Notes: generated from the sequence alone by a model not told the origin. 54,551 nucleotides of DNA from a virus (IMGVR_UViG_3300027754_004594:1-54551); one strand, 5' to 3'; counted from the stretch's first letter, positions 1 to 10,131 are shown. Made by a program: numbers and translations.

Positions 1-1541
1 AATTTAAGATAAATAGTGCAAGCCGCTAAAGCCGCATAACTAACGGAATGTGATTTATTAAACGAATAATTTGCTGAGTTCTCAAGGATCCTCCACAATA
101 CGTCGCCTATTTCAGGATTTAATTTATTTTCTTTAATCTTCTCTGCGATTTTCTCTTTCCAAACTTTGACTTCTTCGACTTTCTTTTTCCCGACAATTCG
201 GCGTAGCACCTCTGCTTCGTCAAGGGTAAAACCTATTTTGTGAGCCATTTGCATCAACGTTTCCTGATACAAACACACACCCCCAGTGTTTCCGACGATG
301 TCGTCGAAGAAAGGGTGGACGCTATCACGGGTGCCAGTCGTTGTAAAATTAGCATATTGATCTACGAACTCTAAAGCTCCGGGTCTAGCTAAAGCTAAAA
401 CGCCACTTAATTCATCTAGGTTTTTAGGTTTAACCTTCTTACAAACTTTAAAGTTGGTATCAGCTTCAATTTGGAATATTCCGTGCGGAGTTTTAAGGTC
501 TTGCAACTGCTGGTAAATCATCGGGTCGGTAAAGTCTATGTCTTCGACTTTAATGCCGACAAGCGAACAAACTCTGTGAACGATAGAAACGCTCCTCAGC
601 CCGAGAAGGTCGAGTTTAACGTTTGAGATCGAAACCCAGTTCATGTCGTAACTAGAGACCTGTTCTTTGTCGGTGGTAAGTTCGGTAGGACAGCCTTGTT
701 CAATCGGGAGGTATGAAAGCATCATTCCGGAAGGATGAACGCTCTTATTCTTGATTAGACCCCTCAGCTTCAAAGCTGTTTGGTAAGACCTTGGATTCTT
801 ATCGCACCATCTTTGGAAATCAGCTACTTCAACATACGTCTCTTTCAGGTCTTTAATCTGCCCGAAAGTCTTTGGAATTAAAGAAGTAATCTCGTTCATC
901 TCAGACTCCGGCCTCTCGTCGATAATCTTACCACACTCTTTTATGAGGATTTTTCCGCTCAAAGTCGTCAGAGTTAATATCTTAGAAGTCTTTCCAAGGA
1001 AGGACTCGTCTAAGAATTTAATAACCCTTTGCCGATTATAGTAGCAGATGTCGATGTCAACGTCGCACATCAAAGATCCATCTAAATAAGTAATCCCATC
1101 TACTATTTGCTTTTTGGCTCGGATTTTAGAAATAAAACGTTCAAAAAATAAATCATATTTAATAGGATCTACTCTTGTGACTCGAAGCAAATAAAGAATC
1201 AAGCTGCCCGCCGCAGATCCCCTTCCTGGCCCAACTGGAATAGAGTTCTCTTCGCAAAAATTAATAACAGTCCAAACTAAAAGAATATAATCAAGAAATC
1301 CTAAATCTTTTACCGCATCTAGTTCGTATTTTATTCTTGTTGTGTATTTGCCGCGTTCTTCTTGTGGTATTTTTAATTTCTTAAAATTAGTTCTGCAAAC
1401 TTGAATCAAAAAATCATAATTTGTTGCAGAGTCTGGTAAATCGTATTTCTTCTTCAATCGGCTCTCGATGCTGAATTCGGGAAGCCTTACTCCGTGAAGG
1501 GGAATTTTTAGGTCTTCAAAAAAGGAATCAAAATCACTCAT
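1..1541 (-). CDS. dnaE: DNA polymerase III alpha (DnaE) catalytic core lacking the PHP domain; runs off the window edge
   Basis: Not in the ORF track. Manual translation from the ATG at 1541 (ATGA overlap with the upstream stop) gives MSDFDSFF...GPGRGSAAGS...FERF...CDVDID...HPSG...KLDLLGL...GIFQIE...RPG...LYQE...YSFNKSH, all C-family polymerase motifs. Confidence 0.95.
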   Translation of the reverse strand, partial: MSDFDSFFEDLKIPLHGVRLPEFSIESRLKKKYDLPDSATNYDFLIQVCRTNFKKLKIPQEERGKYTTRIKYELDAVKDLGFLDYILLVWTVINFCEENSIPVGPGRGSAAGSLILYLLRVTRVDPIKYDLFFERFISKIRAKKQIVDGITYLDGSLMCDVDIDICYYNRQRVIKFLDESFLGKTSKILTLTTLSGKILIKECGKIIDERPESEMNEITSLIPKTFGQIKDLKETYVEVADFQRWCDKNPRSYQTALKLRGLIKNKSVHPSGMMLSYLPIEQGCPTELTTDKEQVSSYDMNWVSISNVKLDLLGLRSVSIVHRVCSLVGIKVEDIDFTDPMIYQQLQDLKTPHGIFQIEADTNFKVCKKVKPKNLDELSGVLALARPGALEFVDQYANFTTTGTRDSVHPFFDDIVGNTGGVCLYQETLMQMAHKIGFTLDEAEVLRRIVGKKKVEEVKVWKEKIAEKIKENKLNPEIGDVLWRILENSANYSFNKSHSVSYAALAACTIYLK

Positions 1542-2176
1542 ATATCTATTTGGAATTTAATCTTATTCCACACTTTAAGGTTTAACTCTAAATCAACAAT
1601 TGCATTATGCAAGTTGTCGTAATCATGTTCTATGCTATAATCTTTGCCTAGGGCTTGTAAATTTGTTTTAATGCCTTTCCTGCGGGTGTGTGATAATTTA
1701 TATTGATATTCTATTAATGGTTCATTCTCCATTTTCTGAATACCATATTTAAGGCCTTTAGCTAAGCAATTCGTGTCTATGAATTTATGAACCAAGTGAT
1801 TCATCCTTTTGCCTTTCAGGGCATACATTTCTTTAATTAAATAAATATCAAACTGAAGAGTATTATGCCCAAGGATATAGTCGCTGGATTCGAGCCAGTT
1901 TTCAATCTCAGGGAAGACGTCTTCGAATTTCTTGCCATGACTTAGAATTTTTGCTTCTGGATAGTTTGTAATTCGCTTTGCTTCTTCAGATATCTTCAGC
2001 TCGGTGTCCCATTTTATGAGGAAGTCTCTTTCGTCAGTCTTACGTCCTCCTACTGTTTTAATCATTGCGACTTGCCAAGGAAGGTTCTGGCAAAAATTCA
2101 AACATAGATTTAGAGTTTCGCAATCGATAAAGACAAGACTTTTGGTTTTATCAAACCTCATTAATTCTTCAGACAT
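1538..2176 (-). CDS. DEDDh 3'-5' exonuclease (DnaQ/epsilon-like proofreader)
   Basis: ExoI FIDCET, ExoII GHNTLQFD, ExoIII LHNAIVD; overlaps the dnaE start. Confidence 0.9.
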   Translation of the reverse strand: MSEELMRFDKTKSLVFIDCETLNLCLNFCQNLPWQVAMIKTVGGRKTDERDFLIKWDTELKISEEAKRITNYPEAKILSHGKKFEDVFPEIENWLESSDYILGHNTLQFDIYLIKEMYALKGKRMNHLVHKFIDTNCLAKGLKYGIQKMENEPLIEYQYKLSHTRRKGIKTNLQALGKDYSIEHDYDNLHNAIVDLELNLKVWNKIKFQIDI

Positions 2177-2930
2177 ATTTTTCCTTAAATGATTCAGCGC
2201 AAAATTCGTTTGAAGAGCAGTGATCTAAGTTGGGTTTGTTTAAAGTCGTCCTTTGGGAGATGCACCTGAAAGTGAGATAGGCTACAAAGTCAGCCTTATT
2301 TTCGTAATAGATTGATTGAGTCTTTACAATTTTAGAATTCGATCCGGCAGACTCTTTAATTCGGCGATTCAAAATAGAATCAAATGGCAAATTATTATCT
2401 TCAGAAAGAAAAATGGGATCGCAGAAGCTGAAGTCGGGAACGCAAACTCCGTAAGTTAGATTATTCTTAAAAATATAAGAATCGTAAAACGGAATAGCAA
2501 GCAGTAAATTTTTGTTATTCCACAGGTCTTTGAGCACTTTGGAGTCTACCCTTGGGTAGTAGTAGAAACCTTGCGAGCAAGCAGCGGTAGAAATTTTGAT
2601 AAGATCTGTATATCCGTCCGTATTCTTAATAAAGATAACGATCTTATGCTCTCTCACTCGAGATTCAGCGGTTTTATTGTCTATAGAATCACAAACCGTA
2701 AGTCTTAACCCGAATCTTAAAGACATCTTAGCCGCTTCGCTTGACTTGTAGGCTTCGAGGAAGCCTGAAATGGAATCTTCAACGAGTGTGACTTTGTTTA
2801 GAGAAAGCTTTGTCGCTATATCGAAAACAGAACTTGGCTCATCCGGCTCGGATTCTCCAGCCTTAGACAAAGTCAGGACGGATTTACCGAGACTGTAATG
2901 AGATTTAAAAAGCGGCTCAGCCGAATACAT
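2169..2930 (-). CDS. Stand-alone, degenerate PHP domain of Pol III alpha
   Basis: PLFKSHYSLGKS resembles the DnaE N-terminal HxHSxYSLxDG; KNTDGYTDLIKIST...GFYYYPRVD resembles KNxxGYxNLxxLxS...GFYYxPRID. Confidence 0.8.
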   Translation of the reverse strand: MYSAEPLFKSHYSLGKSVLTLSKAGESEPDEPSSVFDIATKLSLNKVTLVEDSISGFLEAYKSSEAAKMSLRFGLRLTVCDSIDNKTAESRVREHKIVIFIKNTDGYTDLIKISTAACSQGFYYYPRVDSKVLKDLWNNKNLLLAIPFYDSYIFKNNLTYGVCVPDFSFCDPIFLSEDNNLPFDSILNRRIKESAGSNSKIVKTQSIYYENKADFVAYLTFRCISQRTTLNKPNLDHCSSNEFCAESFKEKYV

Positions 2931-2935
2931 ACGAA

Positions 2936-2964
2936 ATCATGAACTGGCTAGCTGCAAATGTCAA
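2936..2964 (-). promoter_or_regulatory. Sigma70-like promoter, probably giving a leaderless transcript
   Basis: TTGACA-N17-CATGAT; ATG 5 nt downstream. Confidence 0.55.
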
Positions 2965-3930
2965 CTAAAATCCGAAATCAGTTGTCCGCCAATATGGACA
3001 CCCATTGTATTCGATTTCATTAATCATCTCAACCGATGGAATGCTGACTAGATCGTCCCTATTAAATGCTGATTTGATAAATTTGTTATTTTTGTCAACC
3101 CCCGTATAGTAAGTTTTTGACAATCTAGATGGGCATATCCACTTACCTTCCTTATCGCTGCCGCACATCCATTTCTTCTTCATTGAATTCGCAGCTAAAT
3201 TAGACAAAGCATCTTTATCGCTAAAGGAAGATATATATCCAGCAATGTAAGCTAGGTAGGTTTGAAATCCGTCTAATTGTTCCTTTGTTGGCTTCGGAGC
3301 TTCTTGGATTGGCTGCTTCCTGAATTTAACAAAGATAAATGAAACATCAGGAATATGACCCTTTTCCTTAAAAACAGCAAGAGAATACATTAAATTTTGC
3401 AAATTAAAATCTAGCTCTTCTTTAGAAAACTTTCCTTTGCTTGATTTGTAATCGTATATCTTAAAGCTCTCGTCGTCAAACTGAGCTAGCTTATCAATAA
3501 AACCATTAATAATATAACCCTCTTCTTCAATGAGAAATTCTTTTTCTGGTTCTACTTTAATACACCCTAGGCAAAAAAAGTCATTTTGTAAACCTGTTTG
3601 AATCATTGAGTAAATAAGCTCAAGATTTTCTTCGTCATCTACTTTTAACTTCTTAGCGGTTTTTAAAATGAGTCGGTGAACGGCTGGGCATTTTAGAATA
3701 CCAGGCTTGCCCTCGCACAGCTTATCAAAATACTTTTTGTGCCGATCTCTAAGCAGCAGCTCAAAAATTAAATGAACACAAGTCCCCCTCGAAGCTCCTG
3801 AATTACTTATGTCTGGATATTTTAAAACGTATTTAGAATAGTAAAGCCAACTGCAACTTTCCACTGTTTTGATTTTGCTGGCACTTAATTTTACTTTTTC
3901 TTTTTTTACAGGTTTGTTGTCTTTAGCCAT
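2965..3930 (-). CDS. PD-(D/E)XK nuclease (RecB/AddB/Cas4-like)
   Basis: LSASKI..C, GTCVH, GFIDKL, IYDYKSSK, QNLMY, C-terminal cysteines (WMC, WICP, GCP). Confidence 0.85.
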   Translation of the reverse strand: MAKDNKPVKKEKVKLSASKIKTVESCSWLYYSKYVLKYPDISNSGASRGTCVHLIFELLLRDRHKKYFDKLCEGKPGILKCPAVHRLILKTAKKLKVDDEENLELIYSMIQTGLQNDFFCLGCIKVEPEKEFLIEEEGYIINGFIDKLAQFDDESFKIYDYKSSKGKFSKEELDFNLQNLMYSLAVFKEKGHIPDVSFIFVKFRKQPIQEAPKPTKEQLDGFQTYLAYIAGYISSFSDKDALSNLAANSMKKKWMCGSDKEGKWICPSRLSKTYYTGVDKNNKFIKSAFNRDDLVSIPSVEMINEIEYNGCPYWRTTDFGF

Positions 3931-4844
3931 TCTGAAATTTTTAATTTGTTTGTTTGATTTAGGTCTCCAAAATCGTTATCGTCAACGGGGAGCCTGATTA
4001 GGATTTGGCTATAGTCAAAATAATTTAGTAATTTGTCTTTTGCCGCTACGGCAGCTTTATTCCCTGCGTTATTATTGTTTGAATCATTGTTAAATGCTAT
4101 TATTATTTTCTCGGGATTTAAAGCTATTAAGCTATATATAATTTTAGATGATACATTTAATCCAAAAGTTACTATAGAATTTCTAATGCCATTCTCTCTT
4201 AGAGCAAGCATATCTCCAATACTCTCAACTAAGATGACGGATTTTTGCTCTTTTAAATCTTTTAAATTTACTTTAAGGGGATAAACCCATTCACTTTTGT
4301 CGCCAATAAGTTTCCATTTAGGTCGAAGCTCGTTGTCCGAGTTCGTAACGTCTCTTCCTGCGAATCCGATGATGTCGTCTTTATTGTCGAAGATGGGGAA
4401 TGTGTATCTATTAAACATCTTGCCGCTTCTTGCCAACCCCCCTTGAAAAGGTGTAACTGTAGAGTCTGATACGCCCCTAGAGGCCCAGTAGGAATGGTCT
4501 CTTAACAGCTTGATTAGCAAGGACTTATCAAAAATTTTCACTTGTTTTGTTAAGGCTTTGGGTTTTTCTACTTCTAAAGCAGAATAATCTACGCCTTTGC
4601 TTCTTACCCAATCTTTAGCTTCCCCGACGCTTTTTAACTTTAACGTTAACTTAACCAGCTCTTCCAAGGATCCGCTTATATTCTCCTTGAAGTCAACCCA
4701 TCTTCCTGAGTCTTTCCATATTCTCAAACAAGTATTACTGTCTGAATCTCGATATAAAGGCTTAGCTCGGAATTCTTTCCCGTTATCGGAGAGAACGTAT
4801 CCGATGTCCTGGAGAATCATCTTGACCGACTCGCAGTCCATCAT
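3906..4844 (-). CDS. DNA primase, DnaG-like TOPRIM
   Basis: RYTFPIFD..IIGFAGR, PKW, LVESIGD, DFGD; adjacent to DnaB. Confidence 0.85.
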   Translation of the reverse strand: MMDCESVKMILQDIGYVLSDNGKEFRAKPLYRDSDSNTCLRIWKDSGRWVDFKENISGSLEELVKLTLKLKSVGEAKDWVRSKGVDYSALEVEKPKALTKQVKIFDKSLLIKLLRDHSYWASRGVSDSTVTPFQGGLARSGKMFNRYTFPIFDNKDDIIGFAGRDVTNSDNELRPKWKLIGDKSEWVYPLKVNLKDLKEQKSVILVESIGDMLALRENGIRNSIVTFGLNVSSKIIYSLIALNPEKIIIAFNNDSNNNNAGNKAAVAAKDKLLNYFDYSQILIRLPVDDNDFGDLNQTNKLKISEWLKTTNL

Positions 4845-6328
4845 AAAATGCTCCCGTCGCCCGACTTTTCTTTTTCGTCATCGCCCGAATCGTCCAGCTC
4901 GGGTCTTAAAGCTCTAGCTTGTGCGATTTCAGACAGCGTTCCACGTTCTTCTACGTTAAAGTTAGAGATGTTAAAGCTAATGAAGTTGGGAACGTATTTG
5001 ACAGATCGGCCTTCTTTAATTCTAACCAAATCGTGATGCCCCTGAGCGTCCTGACCCTGAAACCGAGTTGCTAAAGGAATCAGCTTGTGCGAGCCGAACT
5101 CTTCCCCATCTAAAGCCATTTCCTCAGCGGTCTTCCTTCTGAAGATGCCTACGAAAGAAGCGAACCATTGCAATCTGTCCGATTGAGAGATTGCGCTACT
5201 GTCGTCAACTCCATTTTCTGCACTTCTGTTTAATTGGCAAGCGGTCAGGATAGGGATATCCAACTCCAAAGAAAGCTCTTTTAAAGCATTCACTTTTTCG
5301 CCAATTAATTCATATTCTTTTTTATTGCCCGACATCTCTCCGGTTAATTTAATGTAATCATAAACAATGACACAAGGATTACCTCTTCCGACTTTAGAAA
5401 AATACCACCTCTTAACAATGGAGACAACTTCCTCGATTGGCTTTCCAGACACTTGTAAATGATCAACTTGATTTTGAATTTTTAAGATGTCTGATTTCTT
5501 TTCTTGAAATTTCTTATATAGCTCATTACTCTTTTTCCAGTTACCTGTCTCTAGATGCCAAACTGAAATCCCCGTTAGAGACGAAGCTATCCTAAACTTC
5601 ATATCTAAAGTGGTCATTTCTGTGTCTAAAACTAAAGCCCTACATCCTTTGTTTAAACTTGTTACCTTAATAGCTAGATCATTGAGAATAGTCGTTTTTC
5701 CATGTTTTGGCCGACTGACAAAAGCGTAAATGTTTCCGGGCCTGATTCCGCCATAAAACCTATTAAAGTTGGGGTGAGGGGTAATTAATCCAGTTTCTAA
5801 GATCGGATTGTTTCCCCGTTCTTCGATTATCTCGATGACGTTGGAGGTGATGTCTTCCGGCTTGTTATTGGCGCTAGTGTATGCGCAAATTTTATTATTA
5901 TATATCTTATCAGACTCAGTGATGATTTCTTCAATTGGTTTGTCGGCGCAATTATTAGCAAACTTTTTAATCGACTCTCCGGTTTCTTCAATCTCTCTCC
6001 TAATCCTAAATTTTAATAACTCCTTAGACCCCTCTATTAAGCCAGGCCTTGTAGTGGGAATAAGACAAATACTATTAACATAATTAAAAATATCAATAGC
6101 TTGATCTTTAAAAGTAATTCCTAAGTTTTTAGCTTTTTGAGCTATAAGGATTTTATCTACTGATTCTCCCTTATTAAACGTCTCTTTAAAAACGCAAAAA
6201 ATAGTATAATGAACTTCATTAACAAAATCATTCTCATTGATAAAACTTTCAATATCTGAAAAAGCATCTGGATGTTTGATCAGTCCAGAGAGGACATACT
6301 TTTCTATTTGGAGCGAGTAGATTGACAT
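4841..6328 (-). CDS. dnaB: Replicative DNA helicase
   Basis: Walker A SRPKHGKT, DTEM, VYDYIK, ACQLNR. Confidence 0.9.
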   Translation of the reverse strand: MSIYSLQIEKYVLSGLIKHPDAFSDIESFINENDFVNEVHYTIFCVFKETFNKGESVDKILIAQKAKNLGITFKDQAIDIFNYVNSICLIPTTRPGLIEGSKELLKFRIRREIEETGESIKKFANNCADKPIEEIITESDKIYNNKICAYTSANNKPEDITSNVIEIIEERGNNPILETGLITPHPNFNRFYGGIRPGNIYAFVSRPKHGKTTILNDLAIKVTSLNKGCRALVLDTEMTTLDMKFRIASSLTGISVWHLETGNWKKSNELYKKFQEKKSDILKIQNQVDHLQVSGKPIEEVVSIVKRWYFSKVGRGNPCVIVYDYIKLTGEMSGNKKEYELIGEKVNALKELSLELDIPILTACQLNRSAENGVDDSSAISQSDRLQWFASFVGIFRRKTAEEMALDGEEFGSHKLIPLATRFQGQDAQGHHDLVRIKEGRSVKYVPNFISFNISNFNVEERGTLSEIAQARALRPELDDSGDDEKEKSGDGSIL

Positions 6329-6331
6329 TGC

Positions 6332-6748
6332 TTAAAGGGTGATGTTATATTTATCTTTAAAAAACTCAGGGCTTATGGACTTAACTTCGTGATCGTAAAT
6401 TTCAACTAAAGTAAATTGATTTAAAGTAAGCCAAGCTTCTTTAGCGACGTCTCTCTTGATAGACCGCAAGTAATTGAGCCTAGACTCTCCGTGAAAAAAC
6501 TTATTAAATTTTGAATGTTGAGATCCGTTAACTTCTACGGCAACCTTGCTCGTAAAGTCTAAAATGTCAACTTTCATTCTTGATCCGAACACGGGGAACT
6601 CTTCGTAGACAATATGATTTTTCCAATATTGTTTTAAGAATTGTTTTATTTGAAATTGAATCTTTGACCTAGACGGGCTGTCCCATTTTATCAAATAATT
6701 AGAAACATTTTTACTTACGGTCTTTCCATAAATATTTAGCAATTTCAT
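6332..6748 (-). CDS. Vsr/DUF559-like endonuclease
   Basis: EEFPV...KVDI...AVEVNGSQH...RDVAKEAW. Confidence 0.65.
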   Translation of the reverse strand: MKLLNIYGKTVSKNVSNYLIKWDSPSRSKIQFQIKQFLKQYWKNHIVYEEFPVFGSRMKVDILDFTSKVAVEVNGSQHSKFNKFFHGESRLNYLRSIKRDVAKEAWLTLNQFTLVEIYDHEVKSISPEFFKDKYNITL

Positions 6749-7860
6749 CTTTTTAAGACGCTAATGAATTTGTTAAATAGATACTGGGTAATTTTAGGGT
6801 TTTCTTCTAAGAAATTCTTAAGGTGAGTTTCTCCATTATGCTGCTTTGGAAGTTCTAACCCATTGTCAGCAAGCTCTTTAACAATCTCGTCGGTAATTGT
6901 AATCCACGCCCCCTTAGCGTGAGCAAATTCCCAAGCTAGAAGCTGATCGACGATTTCGTATTCTATCCAAACACTGGTTCCGCTAGTCCGGCTGTATTTA
7001 ATCGGATACCGGACTTCTCTCCCAGACTTTTCGTTGGGGGTTTTTTTAAAGATAATCTTGCACCAGTGCCCAATCGGGTTGCCGTCTTTGGCGGCTCCAG
7101 CGTAAATGAGATCGCTTTTCCAACGTTGTTGGAATTCCATTATCCAATCAGAGTAATGCAAAGCTGCGTTACCGCCGCTAGCGTTTGTGACTTTAGGATC
7201 ACCCTTCTCGTATTGATTGATTTTGATTGTAGCTCTGACTTGAGACACTAAGAAGCAGATGTGGCCGCGAGAAGAGAAAGCTGCGGCCATTTTCCGGAGC
7301 AAGTCTGCCGTAAGCAGTGCCGCTCCGGCAGTTTTGTTTGCTTCTATAGCTGATTTTTGCAAATCGTTTCTCGGCACGAGGGCGTCGAGACTGTCGATAA
7401 TAAAAAAGTAAAGTAACTTATCATCATTGTCTTTAATGAGTTCTCTCATCATGTCTGTGACAAATTCGTAATCGTTAGTGGGAACGACTTTCCACTTTGC
7501 GGGGTCAGTGTCTACTCCAGATCGTGCGATCATAGAGTCGCTCAGCCTACCTTCCGATTTAATGTAAACGACGCAGCCTTTTTCTGGGTGGACTTGTTGA
7601 AAGTTTTTAGCAAAAGCAAGTGCGTTGCTGGTTTTGCCACCTTCGGTAACTCCAGAAGACCTTACTATCCCAGGCCTGATGCCGCCACCCATTTCAATAT
7701 CTAAAGTTAAACTACCGCTACTAACAGAGTAGTCTACAGGCACATCAAAAGCGTAATGATGATCTTTGTTCTTTTGAAGAATACTATCTAAGACTTTTAG
7801 TTTATTATTCCCCGATGGGGAACTGCTCTCGTCTTGAGCTTCTCTTTTTTGTTTTGCCAT
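6745..7860 (-). CDS. recA: RecA/UvsX-like recombinase
   Basis: SSGSLTLDIEMGGG, Walker A GVTEGGKT, IIDSLDALVP, SQVR, SGGNAALHY. Confidence 0.88.
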   Translation of the reverse strand: MAKQKREAQDESSSPSGNNKLKVLDSILQKNKDHHYAFDVPVDYSVSSGSLTLDIEMGGGIRPGIVRSSGVTEGGKTSNALAFAKNFQQVHPEKGCVVYIKSEGRLSDSMIARSGVDTDPAKWKVVPTNDYEFVTDMMRELIKDNDDKLLYFFIIDSLDALVPRNDLQKSAIEANKTAGAALLTADLLRKMAAAFSSRGHICFLVSQVRATIKINQYEKGDPKVTNASGGNAALHYSDWIMEFQQRWKSDLIYAGAAKDGNPIGHWCKIIFKKTPNEKSGREVRYPIKYSRTSGTSVWIEYEIVDQLLAWEFAHAKGAWITITDEIVKELADNGLELPKQHNGETHLKNFLEENPKITQYLFNKFISVLKR

Positions 7861-7871
7861 ATTATTTTGAA

Positions 7872-7900
7872 ATACTGCTGCTCGAACAGAAGGGTGTCAA
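7872..7900 (-). promoter_or_regulatory. Sigma70-like promoter upstream of recA
   Basis: TTGACA-N17-CAGTAT in a short intergenic gap. Confidence 0.5.
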
Positions 7901-7931
7901 GAAAATTACAAGGCTACCTGAATAGAATGTG

Positions 7932-9098
7932 TTATATTTTGTTTAATTTATCTGCAAGTTCTAACAGATTGGCAACTTTAACCTGAGAGTGGATTCCTAC
8001 ATAAGTACCATTATTGTGTAAAAAAATAGAATTGGGATAATTGGAATGGTCTGAGAAATACTCTTTAACGCACGTCTGGTAACCTAAAAAACCAGAGACT
8101 ATTGGTCGGTATTCTATTCCCAAGCTTTGACATAGTTTGATGATTTCTGATTTATTTGAATGTTTTGAAATGATAGGCAAACAAAACGGGACATCTAAGC
8201 TAAGGGGTCTCTCTTCGCAAAAATAAAACTTGTCTTTGTCAAGACTTTCTTTGAATATTTTATATAAATTTATTCTTTTTTCTTTGTATTTATTTATTCT
8301 ATTAAAGTCTAAGATCCCAATAAACGCATTGAGGTCGGTGCTTCTAAAATTGTTCCCTAGAGAATAAAAATCAAAAAGAGCATCTACCGAATCGTTCCTA
8401 TATTTAGTATCATCTACGCCGTAGGGAGCTAAGCTTCTTGTCATCCCGTGATTTCTTTGCATTAAAAAATATTCAAACTCCTCCTTTGAGTTCGTGAATA
8501 TAAACCCGCCCTCAATAGATTGCAATTGGTGCCCGAAGTAGGTGGATGTGGACGACGTGAAGTAAGATGAAACATTTTCTTGATTAAATTCTCCCAGCGT
8601 ATTCTCGCAATTATCAAAGTAAACCCTAACGCCATACTTATCTTGAAGTCTTTGGTAGAAACCCATGTCGGGAGAAAACCCAATTAAAGAAGTTGGGAAA
8701 ATGCAGGCAATTTTTTTTTGGTTTTTTACAACGAAGTTTTCTAGCGTAACCTTGTCTATAGAGAGGTCTTCCATCGAAACATCAATAAAGTGAGGCTCAA
8801 ACCCCTCTCTTATCCAAGGAGAATAGGAGGTTTGCCAAGTCGTAGACGGAAAGATGACTAGATTTTTTTTTGCGAAATGTTTTGATGAGTCTTTTACGTA
8901 TTGAGCCATCAACATGTTAGCTGTCGAACCACTAGAGACAAATACTGCATACTTGCTTCCAACGTATTCCGCCATCAACTTTTCAAATTCTATGACTTTG
9001 GTATTTTGAGTCCATTTATTCTTCCTATCCAGAATGAAAGAGGCGATTCTAATCTTATCCCAAAAATTAAAATTATTAATATTAAGAGGCCAATTCAT
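7932..9098 (-). CDS. DegT/DnrJ-fold PLP enzyme, ColD-like 3-dehydratase
   Basis: VSSGSTAN, DNCE; STYFGHQLQSIEGG has His at the usual catalytic-Lys position. Confidence 0.8.
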   Translation of the reverse strand: MNWPLNINNFNFWDKIRIASFILDRKNKWTQNTKVIEFEKLMAEYVGSKYAVFVSSGSTANMLMAQYVKDSSKHFAKKNLVIFPSTTWQTSYSPWIREGFEPHFIDVSMEDLSIDKVTLENFVVKNQKKIACIFPTSLIGFSPDMGFYQRLQDKYGVRVYFDNCENTLGEFNQENVSSYFTSSTSTYFGHQLQSIEGGFIFTNSKEEFEYFLMQRNHGMTRSLAPYGVDDTKYRNDSVDALFDFYSLGNNFRSTDLNAFIGILDFNRINKYKEKRINLYKIFKESLDKDKFYFCEERPLSLDVPFCLPIISKHSNKSEIIKLCQSLGIEYRPIVSGFLGYQTCVKEYFSDHSNYPNSIFLHNNGTYVGIHSQVKVANLLELADKLNKI

Positions 9099-10131
9099 GT
9101 TTTTTGAGAATTCTTATTAAGTTTTCAGCCGTGTCAGACCATTTCCACTGATTTATTATAGGACTCCTTAAATCTAAATTCTGATAAATACTCCAATTTA
9201 CATATATATTTTTTAGTAATGAGGCGTATTCTTCAACATCAAAATCATAAAACCTAGGCTGCTCAGAGTAGGAGAAGCTGCCGTAGCTATTGATTAAGCC
9301 CCACTCGTCGCATAATTCAGGAAGTTTTTCTGAAATATTAACTTCTTTTGAAGGTTTGATTAAAATTCCATAATTTTTATTTACTAAAATATTAGTCGGG
9401 GAAAAGTCTCCCGTTACAACCAAAGCCCCACACGCGGACATTTCGTGAAGTGGAAATCCCCAAGAGGTCATTCTCAACAGATTCAGGCCGACGTGAGAGG
9501 AGGAGTATAGGTCTCTAATTTCTTGTCTTGTGAATCTTCTTGAGACGTAAACGATTTGAGACCCTTTGTCTTGGAATTCTTTTATTTTATTTATTAAGGT
9601 GGGATTGTTCTGGTTTGTGTCTTTTATAATTAGTTGAATATCGGGATTATTTTGAAAAGCTGAGTGAAAAGCTCTCACTGTTAAATCCAATCCAGATCTA
9701 ACGTTACTGTTGTTTACGTGAATAAAAGTAAATTTTTTATTTTTTACAATTGTTGGTTTCCAAAAGTCTGTGTCGCATCCGCAATGCAGCGTCTCGCACT
9801 GAATTCCTTCTTTTTTATACAAATCAGAAACTTGATCACTCATTCCTAATAGTATTTTATTCTTTCCCTTCAAGGATTCAATATGAAAGTTAGTTAGCTT
9901 ATTGATTGTTTCCCATACTGTGATGTAAAACATTTTTTTTCCAGAGAACTCTTGCGTAAAATTGAGACTGGAGGGAACGCCAACCCACTCCGAGCCTCTT
10001 AAGTCGGAGTATTTATTTATTTTTTTTAACTCGTTGTTTATTCCGTAGTTGATGACGGAAAAAGATCCGTGATCGTCCGAAAATATCGGGTCGGACATAA
10101 ACCTTGGGTCGTCTTCATAAAGATGAATCAT
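9082..10131 (-). CDS. Glycosyltransferase, GT-B (GT4-like)
   Basis: GCDTDFWKP, RSGLD, LYSSSH, SWGFPLHEMSACG. Confidence 0.8.
   Translation of the reverse strand: MIHLYEDDPRFMSDPIFSDDHGSFSVINYGINNELKKINKYSDLRGSEWVGVPSSLNFTQEFSGKKMFYITVWETINKLTNFHIESLKGKNKILLGMSDQVSDLYKKEGIQCETLHCGCDTDFWKPTIVKNKKFTFIHVNNSNVRSGLDLTVRAFHSAFQNNPDIQLIIKDTNQNNPTLINKIKEFQDKGSQIVYVSRRFTRQEIRDLYSSSHVGLNLLRMTSWGFPLHEMSACGALVVTGDFSPTNILVNKNYGILIKPSKEVNISEKLPELCDEWGLINSYGSFSYSEQPRFYDFDVEEYASLLKNIYVNWSIYQNLDLRSPIINQWKWSDTAENLIRILKKHELAS

Noticed and set aside
2965-3930. Cas4 of a CRISPR system
   Set aside because: No cas1/cas2 or array; it sits in the replication module like typical phage PD-(D/E)XK exonucleases
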